Source of the DNA: Dendrobates tinctorius
Taxonomy: Eukaryota
DNA length: 64,000 nucleotides
Direction of reading: 5' to 3'
NCBI RefSeq assembly: GCF_039654945.1
Contig: NW_027362028.1
Coordinates: 1,984,001-2,048,000, forward strand
Shown here one piece after another: positions 28,950-49,185 of this stretch (position 1 is its first letter; each line of letters starts with the position of its first letter). The notes beneath the pieces were generated by a model that worked only from the letters and a program-made list of their open reading frames with translations, was not told the DNA's origin and did not search any database. The position numbers were made by a program, and so were the translations under genes.

Positions 28950-31900
28950 GGCTGACGAAATGATGTGGGATATTAGTGGTAGTAGTCCGGTGGCTCTGGC
29001 TGACTGGATGATGTGGGATATTAGGGGCAGTAGTCCAGTAGCTCTGGCTGACGGGATGATGTGGGATATTAGTGGTAGTAGTCCGGTGGTTCTGGCTGAC
29101 GGGATGATGTGGGATATTAGTGGGAGTAGTCCGGTGGTTCTGGCTGATGGGATGATGTGGGATATTAGGGGTAGTAGTCCGGTAGCTCTGGCTGATGGGA
29201 TGATGTGGGATATTAGTGGGAGTAGTCCGGTGGCTCTGGCTGATGGGATGATGTGGGATATTAGGGGTAGTAGTCCGGTGGTTCTGGCTGATGGGATGAT
29301 GTGGGATATTAGTGGTAGTAGTCCGGTGGTTCTGGCTGATGGGATGATGTGGGATATTAGGGGTAGTAGTCCGGTAGCTCTGGCTGATGGGATGATGTGG
29401 GATATTAGGGGTAGTAGTCCGGTAGCTCTGGCTGATGGGATGATGTGGGATATTAGGGGTAGTAGTCCGGTAGCTCTGGCTGACGGGATGATGTGGGATA
29501 TTAGGGGGAGTAGTCCGGTGGTTCTGGCTGATGGGATGATGTGGGATATTAGGGGTAGTAGTCCGGTGGTTCTGGCTGATGGGATGATGTGGGATATTAG
29601 GGGTAGTAGTCCGGTAGCTCTGGCTGATGGGATGATGTGGGATATTAGTGGTAGTAGTCCGGTGGTTCTGGCTGATGGGATGATGTGGGATATTAGGGGT
29701 AGTAGTCCGGTAGCTCTGGCTGATGGGATGATGTGGGATATTAGGGGTAGTAGTCCGGTAGCTCTGGCTGATGGGATGATGTGGGATATTAGGGGTAGTA
29801 GTCCGGTGGCTCTGGCTGACGGGATGATGTGGGATATTAGGGGGAGTAGTCCGGTGGTTCTGGCTGATGGGATGATGTGGGATATTAGGGGTAGTAGTCC
29901 GGTAGCTCTGGCTGATGGGATGATGTGGGATATTAGGGGTAGTAGTCCGGTGGCTCTGGCTGACGGGATGATGTGGGATATTAGTGGGAGTAGTCCGGTG
30001 GTTCTGGCTGATGGGATGATGTGGGATATTAGGGGTAGTAGTCCGGTAGCTCTGGCTGATGGGATGATGTGGGATATTAGGGGTAGTAGTCCGGTGGCTC
30101 TGGCTGACGGGATGATGTGGGATATTAGGGGGAGTAGTCCGGTGGCTCTGGCTGACGGGATGATGTGGGATATTAGGGGTAGTAGTCCGGTAGCTCTGGC
30201 TGATGGGATGATGTGGGATATTAGGGGTAGTAGTCCGGTGGCTCTGGCTGACGGGATGATGTGGGATATTAGGGGTAGTAGTCCGGTGGCTCTGGCTGAC
30301 GGGATGATGTGGGATATTAGGGGCAGTAGTCCGGTGGCTCTGGCTGACGGGACGATGTGGGATATTAGGGGTAGTAGTCCGGTGGCTCTGGCTGATGGGA
30401 TGATGTGGGATATTAGGGGTAGTAGTCCGGTGGCTCTGGCTGACGGGATGATGTGGGATATTAGGGGCAGTAGTCCGGTGGCTCTGGCTGATGGGATGAT
30501 GTGGGATATTAGGGGTAGTAGTCCGGTGGCTCTGGCTGACGGGATGATGTGGGATATTAGGGGTAGTAGTCCGGTGGCTCTGGCTGACGGGATGATGTGG
30601 GATATTAGGGGTAGTAGTCCGGTGGTTCTGGCTGATGGGATGATGTGGGATATTAGGGGTAGTAGTCCGGTGGCTCTGGCTGACGGGATGATGTGGGATA
30701 TTAGGGGTAGTAGTCCGGTAGCTCTGGCTGATGGGATGATGTGGGATATTAGGGGTAGTAGTCCGGTGGCTCTGGCTGGCGGGATGATGTGGGATATTAG
30801 TGGTAGTAGTCCGGTGGCTCTGGCTGACGGGATGATGTGGGATATTAGGGGCAGTAGTCCGGTGGCTCTGGCTGACGGGACGATGTGGGATATTAGGGGT
30901 AGTAGTCCGGTGGCTCTGGCTGATGGGATGATGTGGGATATTAGGGGTAGTAGTCCGGTGGCTCTGGCTGACGGGATGATGTGGGATATTAGGGGCAGTA
31001 GTCCGGTGGCTCTGGCTGATGGGATGATGTGGGATATTAGGGGTAGTAGTCCGGTGGCTCTGGCTGACGGGATGATGTGGGATATTAGGGGTAGTAGTCC
31101 GGTGGCTCTGGCTGACGGGATGATGTGGGATATTAGGGGTAGTAGTCCGGTGGTTCTGGCTGATGGGATGATGTGGGATATTAGGGGTAGTAGTCCGGTG
31201 GCTCTGGCTGACGGAATGATGTGGGATATTAGTGGTAGTAGTCCGGTGGTTCTGGCTGATGGGATGATGTGGGATATTAGGGGTAGTAGTCCGGTAGCTC
31301 TGGCTGATGGGATGATGTGGGATATTAGGGGTAGTAGTCCGGTAGCTCTGGCTGATGGGATGATGTGGGATATTAGGGGTAGTAGTCCGGTGGCTCTGGC
31401 TGACGGGATGATGTGGGATATTAGGGGGAGTAGTCCGGTGGTTCTGGCTGATGGGATGATGTGGGATATTAGGGGTAGTAGTCCGGTAGCTCTGGCTGAT
31501 GGGATGATGTGGGATATTAGGGGTAGTAGTCCGGTGGCTCTGGCTGACGGGATGATGTGGGATATTAGTGGGAGTAGTCCGGTGGTTCTGGCTGATGGGA
31601 TGATGTGGGATATTAGGGGTAGTAGTCCGGTAGCTCTGGCTGATGGGATGATGTGGGATATTAGGGGTAGTAGTCCGGTGGCTCTGGCTGACGGGACGAT
31701 GTGGGATATTAGGGGTAGTAGTCCGGTGGCTCTGGCTGATGGGATGATGTGGGATATTAGGGGTAGTAGTCCGGTAGCTCTGGCTGATGGGATGATGTGG
31801 GATATTAGGGGCAGTAGTCCGGTGGCTCTGGCTGATGGGATGATGTGGGATATTAGGGGTAGTAGTCCGGTGGCTCTGGCTGACGGGATGATGTGGGATA

Positions 31901-32476
31901 TTAGGGGTAGTAGTCCGGTGGCTCTGGCTGACGGGATGATGTGGGATATTAGGGGTAGTAGTCCGGTGGTTCTGGCTGATGGGATGATGTGGGATATTAG
32001 GGGTAGTAGTCCGGTGGCTCTGGCTGACGGAATGATGTGGGATATTAGGGGTAGTAGTCCGGTGGCTCTGGCTGACGGGATGATGTGGGATATTAGGGGT
32101 AGTAGTCCGGTGGCTCTGACTGACGGGATGATGTGGGATATTAGGGGTAGTAGTCCGGTGGCTTTGGCTGATGGGATGATGTGGGATATTAGGGGTAGTA
32201 GTCCGGTGGCTCTGGCTGATGGGATGAGTGGGATATTAGGGGTAGTAGTCCGGTAGCTCTGGCTGATGGGATGATGTGGGATATTAGGGGTAGTAGTCCG
32301 GTGGCTCTGGCTGACGGGATGATGTGGGATATTAGGGGTAGTTGTCTGGTAGCTCTGGCTGATGAAATGATGTGGGATAGTAGGGGTAGTTGTCCGGTAG
32401 CTCTGGCTGATGGGATGATGTGGGATATTAGGGGTAGTAGTCCGGTGGCTCTGGCTGATGGGATGATGTGGGATAT
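28950..32476. repeat. 51-bp minisatellite, about 69 copies
   Basis: GGGATGATGTGGGATATTAGGGGTAGTAGTCCGGTRGYTCTGGCTGAY-type unit. Confidence 0.96.
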
Positions 32477-33520
32477 TGTCGGGGTAGCTATTGAGGGAGG
32501 GCTAAATTAACCCTTCACGGTTGAGCCAGTGATGTCCAAATTATTCCACAGAGTGTTGCTAGCCACTCAAATGACCACACGGAGACGGGGGTCTCTGTAC
32601 GGGAGGATCAAGGCAGATCACTCGTCCCCTTTATTTTAGTCACTTCTTTTATAATCTTTTGCTTAATTATGCAAAGTTCTCAACCACCAATAGCATCATT
32701 TCACTTTATAAGCCAATAATTTTGCAAGAAAACCGGAAACTACATATATGTCCGTATCCAAAAGTAGTATAATGGCATATTCTTCAGAATTCTACACCCC
32801 CGCCTCCCTTATCTTGCACCTGATGGGAACAGTCTGGTTTCATGACAGCCCATCCCAATTACAAAAATTTATCTTACAGCAACAAAAATGGGGAAACGAA
32901 ACCTTCAGAGAATGGATAAAACGAAACTTCAGCTTTGATTTTAGTTTTAACCCTTCACATTCCCCCCTAGATAAATTTTTTAACACATATGCAGCATCAG
33001 AGGTGCTATCCCAAGCTAACCGCTGCTTGAGGGGTACTGGTCTTCACATGACTGATGCAGTGTTACCAGTCATGGCTGTCTCGGCGCACCCGTCCCCCCT
33101 GTATACTGCAGTTCACGAATAACAATTTTTGATGACGGTGGGGGAGATCTTTTGTAGGTAGCCATGTGCTTGGCTTCAAAATCTTCATCAAGTAGCCTTT
33201 TGAGATCAGTGCAGAGAAAAGCAGGGGCAACGACACCTTTGGTATCATCATTAGCTGGCTTAGTGCAGAATTTCCTAATACATACAGAAATACACCAAAG
33301 AACAAGTTTTAGTATCACATATACAACAAGGATACAGGCAGCAATGTGTAACAAGCTCTGTAAGATCCCAGCTACCCAGCCCCCAATTCCCTTAAACCAA
33401 TTGGCTGGATTGAGAAAGGAGAAGGTGTCTGACCACCAACTGTCCTTATTACGATCATTGTCTTTATCGTATTGATCTCTGAGTCTTTGAATATCTTCTA
33501 ACTTTAACTTTTAACTTCTA
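32477..33520 (-). mobile_element. Endogenous retrovirus remnant: env TM fragment, PPT and 3' LTR (about 32477-32959)
   Basis: Minus frame SWWSDTFSFLNPANWFKGIGGWVAGILQSLLHIAACILVVYVILKLVLWC (env membrane anchor); PPT AGGGGGGAA followed by TGT at 32959; LTR with CCAAT, TATA and AATAAA. Confidence 0.7.
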
Positions 33521-33769
33521 CCAATAATAATATGGAAAATGCGAAAAACCAAAACATTATGCCCCATTATTTGCTATTGGCTTGTTGGGTGATGAGAACT
33601 TGTATATTAATTGGGTCTGCCATCTACTCCGATTAAAACAGCGGCCTGTATGACAATCTCTGAAAGTGTCCGAATCGGGCACAGCGCCAGAATTGCAGAA
33701 AATAATTAGCAGGGAGGGCTGGGGTTTTTGCAAACCAAGGAGAATTGACTTTTTATCTGTATATTGGCT

Positions 33770-34473
33770 TGTGGATGTAAGTGTTTATGTCTGATGGGTC
33801 AACTATACAGACTTGTATACCATTTAACATACTATATAAGTCGGTAATAGTGACTTCTACATAGTGTATGTTTATCTTTGTTTATTGTGTGCTGATATGC
33901 TAATTGTGCAGTGTATTCTATAACCAGTTTGTTGACTTCAGAGTTAGATAGGGAAAGGCTGTCAGGGTGGACTGAAGGACACTGGGTAAATCTAAAATAG
34001 ATCACATGCCTCGGGTATAAAAGAGACTTTTTTTTCTTCTGGTTGGTGTGACTCTTCAGGATCTCAGCTCAGGGTACTTCAGACTCGGCTGAAAGAACAC
34101 AGGACTGCTCTCGGTTATCTCCCTACGCTTGTCGTTACCTCCTCTCTGTGTGTTATCACAGGTGGAATAGCGACCCTGGAAGCTCGGCCATAACATCTAC
34201 CATTATCCTGGCAAGTCAGCGGAAGGGAAGAGTGAGACCCTGTAATGTGCACCATCTTGGGGTAATTGCTGGGATTGTTCTGTTTGCTATTGGATGTTGT
34301 GGTTCAATAAAGTATTGTCACACTGTTTTACCCTAACCCTGTGTTGTCTGTGTAGTGTTCTGCCCACGGGGAGATAGAGCGGGGGTTCAGTGGTATGAGC
34401 CCTGGTCCATGCAGTCTTGCTAAAGGCAGCCAGGCCAGCGGACGAGAGCACCCACTGACTCAGTTTCTCCACA
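33770..34473 (+). mobile_element. Probable solo LTR
   Basis: TGTGGA...TCCACA termini, TATAAAA at about 34016, AATAAA at about 34307; target duplication not convincing. Confidence 0.45.
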
Positions 34474-34720
34474 GCACTGTACTTCGCCTTGGCCACGGCT
34501 GCTGCCATATTGGATTGCACGTGAGTTCAGATGTTGTGAATGTCCAGAGAGATAATGTTCACAGCAGGGTGTAGACACTTTAATACACTTGGCAGTGGAA
34601 ACGAGGCTCTTGACCAAAAACCATGATCTGCGCTGAGCAGATCACAAGTCTCTGTTACACCAGCAAGGTCAGTAGTCTCTGACCGCTGGATGACAGGCTT
34701 GTGAATCTCTTACTTTCTTT

Positions 34721-34963
34721 GGGCGGCACAGGTGGCTCAGTGGATAGCACTGCAGCGCTGGGGTCCTGGGTTCAAATCCCACCAAGGACACCATCTGCAA
34801 GGAGTTTGTTCTCCCCGTGTTTGCGTGGGTTTCCTCCCACATTCCAAAGACATAGTGATAGGAAATTTAGATTGTGAGCCCCCATTATCAGTGATGATAA
34901 TGTGTGCAAACTGTAAAGCGCTGCGGAATATGTTAGTGCTATATAAAAATAAAGATTATAATT
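34721..34963 (+). mobile_element. V-SINE-like SINE
   Basis: A box TGGCTCAGTGG, B box GGTTCAAATCC, V-domain, L2-like tail. Confidence 0.78.
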
Positions 34964-36519
34964 ACTTTCCAAGATCCCCAGTGCGGCTTTTGATTAGCCG
35001 GGCTGGCGCAACTTTATTGTTGTGGTGTGATGCAATGTAACACTGGTGGATGTGGACCCACTACGCCACGGCCCGGGCTTACTCTGGAGGGGCGTAACTG
35101 ACTATCTGGTATTCACTAGAGCCTCTGATGGTGAGAAAGGCTTGGCCGCAGGTAGTCACCAAGCACCACTCCAGGACAGTCCCCAAGTCTGCCACAGGTA
35201 ACTGGAGGGTGTGGCGTGGCTAAGGGTTGTATAGTCGATGGGAGGTATGTGTCTCAGAGATGGCTTGTCTCTGTAATGTAAGCCCTAATGGATATCACTA
35301 TACTTCTAATGTATTGCAAGGACCTGTGGTGAGATCACAAGCACGTGACTAGTCAGCTGCTGGGTTCGTGGGTGTGGCTATACCTTTATAATGTAGACTA
35401 CTCCTGAAACACAGAGCTGTATGTGGGGAGGGAAAAGGCTCCTGTGTGTACTGAGGCTCCAGGACTGAGCCTGAAGTAATGGACACTTGTGCTTTCTTTC
35501 ACCTGAGCTAAAGGCTATTTATTTTGTTTTGTGCTACTTTATGGGTTATGGAGCAATAAACCCTATGAACTTTAAGAGGAACGTGCCTCCTGATTGACTC
35601 CTGATGCACCTGAGTGAGTACAATCCCTACAGAGATATGGGTACGAGGAACAGGAGGATGAAGGCAAAGATGTGGTCGGACAATCCGGTGTCAGGGCAGG
35701 CAGCAGAGGTTCAATATATGTAACCCAGGTCAAAAGCAGATACAGCAAGATAAACAATAAACGAGCCGGGTCAATGATAGGGGAGACAAAACCAACATGC
35801 ACAAAAAGGAACTAGAGACAAGCTACTAGGAACCGGTGTTCAGGCAAGTAGTGGTGGTAGGAGCTGACTAATAAACCCGCTACTGCCTGGGGAAGTTAAA
35901 CACTGCTGGACACAATAGGGATAATTTCCTGCAGGATTTGCCTGTGCCTCCCTACAACCAGATGGAGACATCACTGATATGCAGCAGAGCTGCAAGAGGC
36001 GCAGAGCAGTGAACATATTGAGTAGCATGGTGCTGTAACACACAGATGACCATGCGCCAGCCCGGCGCTGGGCATCCCAGGAGGTAAGAGATTCTCAAGA
36101 CTCCTGACGAGACTGCTAATCAGCCCGACAGACCGAAGTGACTCAAAAGTGAGGAACATAGTGCATTAGCTTCATCAACGCTCTGCTGACCCCGTAAATG
36201 CAGAATTCAGACATAGTCTGGCATAACATCAGCAAAAACACTGCACCCCTGCGCCGGTTTGAAGACACCCCTCTTTAGGGTAACTTCAATTCTCTATTGG
36301 CCATTGGATAAGAGCGTCAAGGTGGATGCACTTCCCAGGACCTGCTTTCCCACCAACCTAGAGGAGGAACTTTAACTTGATTTTGGGTTTAACAAGTTGG
36401 TATCTGGTCGCTTCGGGCAGGAGGCTTTGCAATTCAAGGATCCTGGTACCCCGCCCGCTCCAGTCTATCACGTGCATGTCTTTGGGAAGAGAGGCATCCT
36501 GAGAGAGAAAACCTTTTTC

Positions 36520-37520
36520 CTAGTAGATTGGAGAAAACTTGGCCCCAAAGAAAAATTGTGAAAGTTAAGGGGAATATTCTTGCTTCACTTACTCTGCAGA
36601 AGTTCTGAGGTCTTGAAGATGAAGCAGGCTTAACGGGAGGGGGTACTGTAACGCCACCGTCCCTGCGTGCCTCCACCTCTCCCCAGCAGGGCACTGACAC
36701 GTTCACCATCCTGGCCACGCTGTTACAGGCATCCTCCGCAGCTCCTAGTTCCCTGTGCCAGCGCACGCCCGTAGGTCTCCAGGCAATTGGGCCTAGTACG
36801 CGCAAGCTCTTCCTGCCATGCCTCTTAAAGAAATAATGTGTGCACTCCTAAAATGTCCCCAGCCAATAACTTGGAGACATCTGGCATTTAAGGCACCCAC
36901 CCCTATAGGGAGGTGCCTGTTTAACATCCAGTATGTTAGTGTCTAGCTTGTATGGAAGCTGCTTAGGCTGTTGTCAGGTCCTTTCTGTAACCAAACCTTT
37001 CCGAGGGCCTGTTTGGCCTGAACGCTAAACGTGTGCCTTGTATCTGATCTAGTTCTGTCTGAACCTGTACCTATTTCCAAACATGCTGTGTCCGATCCTG
37101 TACCCATCTCTGAACCTGTTGTCTGAATCAGGACCTATCTCCACCCTTGATGTGTCTGAACCTGTACCCACCTCTGACTCTATTGCGTCTGAATCTGTAC
37201 CTACCTTTGACTCTGTTGTGTCTGAACCTGTACCTACCTCTGACCCTGTTGTCTGAACCTGTACCCACCTTTGACCCTTTTGTGTCTGAACCTGTACCCA
37301 CCTCTGACCCTATTGTGTCTCAACCTGTACCCACCTTTGACCCTGTTGTCTGAACCTGTACCTACCTGACCGTTGTCTAAACCTTTACCTACCTCTGACC
37401 ATATTGTGTCTAAACCTGTACCTACCTTTGACCCTGTTGTGTCTGAACCTGTACCTACCTTTGACCCTGTTGTGTCTGAACCTGTGCCTACCTCTGACCC
37501 TGTTGTGTCTGAACCTGTAT
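36520..37520 (+). mobile_element. Decayed Gypsy 3' end and LTR with an internal about 33-bp minisatellite (37055-37518)
   Basis: PPT GGGAGGGGGTAC followed by TGTAACG at 36647; tandem TGTCTGAACCTGTACCTACCTCTGACCC units. Confidence 0.55.
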
Positions 37521-37729
37521 GTCGCTTTAAACCTGAGAGATAATGTTTACAGCAGGGTGTAGACACTTTAACACAAGTGGCAGTGGAAGACAAAACTATG
37601 ACAAAGGGAGATTCCTCAGAAGACTGAGAGACTGAAGTGCCGAAGAGTTGAGTGGATCACAGGGCTCTGTTACACCAGCAAAGTCAGTAGTCTCTGGCCA
37701 TTTGATAGCAGGCTCGTGAATCTCTTATC

Positions 37730-38140
37730 CGGGAGCTTCATGGCCGAGCAGCTACATGCAGCCTTACATCACCCAGAACAAGGCCGAGCCTCAGATGGAG
37801 TGGTGTAAAGCTGCCACCACTGGACTCTGGAGGAAACATGTTTTGTGCAGTGAAGGATCACACTTCTTTATCTGGCGTTTGATGGATGAGTCTGAATTTG
37901 GTAAAAGCCATTTTGGTGGAGTAGGGGTAATAGTATGGGCTTGTTATCAGGGGGCAGCCTTGGCCCCTTAGTTCCAGTGAAGGGAAATCTTAATCTTCAA
38001 CACAAGGCATCCCCCACAAGCTACAATTGTAGCTTCAGCCTTGTGGGAACGGATTGGAGAAGATCCTTCCTTTCTCCGCAAGACTGTGTGCCGTGCACAT
38101 GGACCATATAGACTTTGGGGGGGGGGGGGGGGGGGTCGGC
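37730..38140 (+). mobile_element. Highly decayed Tc1 transposase remnant
   Basis: EWCK...WRKHVLCSE..HF...GGVGVIVWAC similarity. Confidence 0.6.
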
Positions 38141-40286
38141 ACTCTTCGAGTTTGGTTGACATAACCATTCATGTATCTGCATACCTGCACTCTTACACGT
38201 CTGCGCACTAATGGATCCATGAATGCAGTATCTTTCTACAGCCGCACGCAGTGATGACGCCTGCTCTTGAGCTGCCATGCGGAGCATGCGCCTGTTGGTA
38301 CGTGATGCGCTTACTATATGTACACAGGGCGCCGAGTTATGACGTCGGCGACTCGGCACTGATCCCGCGTCTCCTTACCGCTTGCACCAGGGTGCAGGTA
38401 TAATTTTTTTTCAAATCTCACTTATGCTTTGCCTCTTTAGCTTCCTTCCATTTCATGTGTTATTTCCTCTTCTATTATTTGTGGACCAATTGGAGCTTCA
38501 CCTTTGTGGGATCAGACTCTTATCTGTTCCCTATGATTGTGCCCTGCCTATGAACAAGCTCCATACAGATATGAGCGGCTGCACAGAGTCTGGACCTCTG
38601 CCCCATCCATCACCTATAACTGAGCTTGTGAGCCTGGCCTCCCCCCAACATCAGGGCCTGACCCCACAAATCCTCTTCTGGATGAAGGGTCAACAATTCC
38701 CACAGACACCTCCAATAACACTTCCCATAAGAGCGGGAGCCGTTACATCTGCACGCCCTATTAATGTCTATGGATGTAGGATGGGAGGAGTATAGATCCT
38801 GGAGGGGGCACATACTTTTATCCATTTATGGCATCTAATAACGGCCTTTGCTTGGTTGGACAATTACTATAATTAGTACACAGTAAAAAAAAAAAAAATC
38901 TACTGTATCAGCCATTGTTTTCAGAATAGCGAGGCCCTGCGAGTCCAGCAATGGCATCAGTGCACCGTGCAGATGCTTTGTGCTTCTCTACGAGACACCT
39001 CCTCGGTGTCTGGGAAGCAGTTCTCATAGAAGTTGAACATCCCGCACCGTCCCTACGACTGCAGCAATCTCTAGCGACATAATTGACAAATTCTACACTT
39101 CTTGTGACGTGGGTTTTGGATCCAGGCTAAAAAAAAAAAAAATTGAGCTTATACTGCAGCTGGTGCACCCTGGCTTTATTGCGAGATGCCCTGGTCTAGT
39201 AGCACAGCAGCATTATAGAGCCATGATAGGTGCTCTATCTCAGGTGTACATATGTACTGGAGCTTTCCCTGCCTCCTAGTGGTACAAAAGTGTAGCACAT
39301 TACTAGCTTCACACACACAAGATTGCAATTTTTTTTGTAAAGTGAGAAATATGGATGGTCAGCACTGGAGACGGAGGAAGAACAATGGGATCAATCTGTG
39401 CAAATGGCCAACAGGTAGGGTCTTACGTGTACAGCAGGGGCGGGAAGAAGCCACGATCACTGGCAGAGGATATTCACTACGCGATTGATCAATCTTGGAT
39501 TGTTCGGGGTTCGACACCTCGTTATCAGCTGGAGACGAATAGCTCAGCCCCGAAGCACTGCTTAGTGACCACACGACGGTATTAAAGGTCGTAGAGGAAG
39601 ATCTTGTGCAAGCCTAGGTAGATCCTCCAGGGTATTCTCGTTATCTTGATAGTATAAAGCCATCAGGTTGCTGATCTTCCTCTTCACCTTGTTCCTTCTA
39701 TTCTTCTGACCACGATGTTCTTCTCCGGTGATTGCGTCGCTTTAAGAGGTGTAGGCAATTCATATAGTTTGGTGACATGTCTGCCTTGATTTGTTGCATG
39801 ATTCAGTGGCTTGCTTTTTCTGCATGTACACAGCCTGGTCCGTATATGGAGAAATATGGCTGTCTGAACCCGGCCGTATCTCATTCACAGTCTTCAAATC
39901 TACCGCAGGTAACCACTGCAGCTTGTAGTTGAGACCCGTGATTGGCTGCAGTGGTGTCAAGTAAAATCAGTGCTGAAAAACTCACAGCTGGAGTAGGGAG
40001 CAGAAGAATGGATTTTTTTTCTATTACTATTTTCACAAGAGAAAACGCCTTTAAACTGTGTATTTCCCGATCCACCCGTGGGCGCTGGGTCGGTGATTAG
40101 ACTTCCTCCCTAGCAGGCCCGTTACTTTCAGTGAAGAGTTAATTTTACACTGTCACCAGATTTCCATCCAAAAGTTGCTGAGAAATCTTCAGATTTGCTT
40201 CATTTTCAGTGGCATTTGAGTTCAACCGCTATTACATTTTTTTTTTTTTTTTTGCATAAGGATTAATAATTTTCACGCATCTTTAA

Positions 40287-40664
40287 AGGCCCCTTTACAT
40301 TTAGCGATGCACCAGCGATCCAGACCACAATACGACCCGGTCAGGATCGCTGGTGCATCGCTAAATGGTCGCTAGTGAGCTGCCAAACAGGCAGATCTCA
40401 CAGCGATGCAGCAGCGGTCGCTCTTACCTGTCAGACGCGTCGAGGGTGTCCGTCTTCCGCCTGCGTCCATGGCTCGCTCGTCGGCGCCAGCAGGAAGCCG
40501 CCGACAACGACGACGAGAAATGGACCAGGCCGATCTCGCGTGATCGGCGATAACCAGCGATGGAGCCGGTCGGAGGTATCACATGTAGCGATATCGCTAG
40601 CAATATCGCTGCTGCGTCACAAAATCGGTGACGCTTTAGCGATATCGCTATGTGTAAAGCCCCT
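40287..40664. mobile_element. Harbinger-type MITE (same family as 10867-11244)
   Basis: Short imperfect TIRs, TWA flanks, shared internal sequence. Confidence 0.7.
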
Positions 40665-41321
40665 TTAAGACACAAGTGTAAATAATCTGCAACGGTGAGC
40701 AGCGATATGTGATGAGTTGTTGCATCAATATGTGAAATCCACTTTAAAGAGAACCTTTCTACAGCTTTTTAGACCCAAGCGTCACCTGTCTGATGCATCT
40801 GAAATGTTGATGCTGTCCATACCTTTAAAATCACAGGTGTCCGGGCCTTCGTCTTCTACAAATCCAGCGCGAATGTTCATGAATGTGAGCCGGCAAGGCA
40901 GGGGGCTTGTCATGAACTTACAGCTCTCCAGCCTCGGCCCCATTTGTGACTTACCGATCACTTTCTTTGAGACCAGCTTACCTCCGTCCCCGCCTCACAC
41001 GGGCACCATCATTTCTGGTGGCACCGCATGCAGATTGACAACCCGGCTATCACAATGTCAATCATACTACACAAACCCCCCCCAAGAATGACTGTGCGAG
41101 ATCTCAGATGGGGTAGCAGGCCACAGAGAGGGGGACCTGTACTCTCCTTTGCATGTAACTTCTACAGAAGCATCCACCTAGACAGGTCACTGTCAGGCAC
41201 ATACCCACTGAACGAATGCACCAAGCTGTATCAGATACAGCAGATATTCACCACCTAGGAATAAAACTCATCGGAATCATAACCAACATTCTACTCTAAG
41301 AGGACAGAAAACCAGAGAGCG

Positions 41322-41664
41322 TATAGAAAGAACACAGTGAGCACAACTCAAGATGATGCTAAGGTTAGGTTCCCAAACCGATAAAGCAACAAATATGAAC
41401 CTAGCACTCAACTTAAAGGTATTTGTAAGGCGGTTTATTGTAGTACACAAAAAAAGACGTTTCGGTCAATATGACCTTCAGTTACGTGTGGTATATAGAT
41501 TGTGTAGAGCTTATAGGCATCTATCAGAAAGGACGATGGTGCTTCAGGCATTGAGGAGAATGATCTCTCTAAGGTAATGAGCTTGTCAGTATATAGGAGA
41601 GGGGCAAACGTGCCTCCAGATGCGGTGTTCACCTTTAAGTTGAGTGCTAGGTTCATATTTGTTG
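41322..41664. mobile_element. Penelope-like insertion with 16-bp target duplication
   Basis: AGAAAACCAGAGAGCG at 41306-41321 and 41665-41680; 34-bp inverted repeat; hammerhead-like remnant. Confidence 0.55.
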
Positions 41665-41786
41665 AGAAAACCAGAGAGCGACCAAAGTGTCAGAAAACTT
41701 GTAATACACAAACCACGCCGTTTACGTACAAGGGGGGCAGATACTGTTTTTTTTTTCGCCACATTTATTTTAACAAGTTTCTGTCC

Positions 41787-48360
<6,574 letters not shown>

Positions 48361-48505
48361 CTTCCCCAGCGGCCTATACGATAGAGACCGGAAGAAGGGA
48401 AAGACTTCCGCTATATCACCAGCAAGTACTTCCGGGCCAGCGCTGCGGATGTGACGTAACAGCCATGTTCACCCCGCGCCATCTTTGAGAAGGGCAAAAT
48501 GGCCA
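48361..48505 (-). promoter_or_regulatory. RPL37 TCT/TOP promoter
   Basis: Pyrimidine tract CTTTCCCTTCTTC starting at about 48403; ETS/GABP CGGAAGT at about 48404 and 48428; YY1-like AAGATGGCG and AAAATGGC at about 48477-48504. Confidence 0.8.
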
Positions 48506-48856
48506 AAAATCCTCCATAAATAATATTTGACAGACGCAGTGTTATTTCCTTCATCTCTCCCCTGTGATTTACTACTGAATGTACCTCAAATAAAGACAGT
48601 TATGCTTGAAAAATGCTTCCAAATACAATAATAACCATCATACGGCTTCATATATGGCATTTTAGTTAGAAATAGTACCTATAACCCATGATAAAGGATT
48701 TGTGCGGTGCATTGGGGGTGCGGCGGTGGCAGTAATGTCGCGACTATCAATACTTCCCAGGACACAAAATATTCATCCAGATATTTATGGCTGCGATGTC
48801 GTCACCCATGCTGCTCGTCTATTAATGTGGATGTGAAGGGTAGAGGACAATCCCTT

Positions 48857-49185
48857 TAAGGAGTAATTCTCATCCTCATAGATGGATATTGTCAGATAGA
48901 GCTTGTAAATACGAACAATTTACTGCCTGTTAAAACTGTCAGCCGTTCTTGAGATATTAACGTATTTCTTTACAGCTCGTTGCCTAGGAGACCGACCACC
49001 GCTGCTAGGCAGCAGAACACGCGCAGTGCTTACAAGCTCTTTTCTATGGCAACGAGCTGTAAAAAAAAAGTCATAATATCTCGAAAACAACTGCAAATCC
49101 TAATAAGCAACAAATTGCAAAAGTGCCTTTACTTACCAGCCGCATCCGACAACATCCATCTACGAAGACGAGAACATCCCTTTAA
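48857..49185. mobile_element. Palindromic TTAA MITE
   Basis: Long imperfect inverted arms flanked by TTAA. Confidence 0.55.

Noticed and set aside
28960-32256. 1098-aa ORF of MMWDIRGSSPVALADG repeats
   Set aside because: Product of a 51-bp (3n) minisatellite lacking a stop in one frame; no unique domain, promoter or splice context; a 1-nt deletion breaks it near the end.
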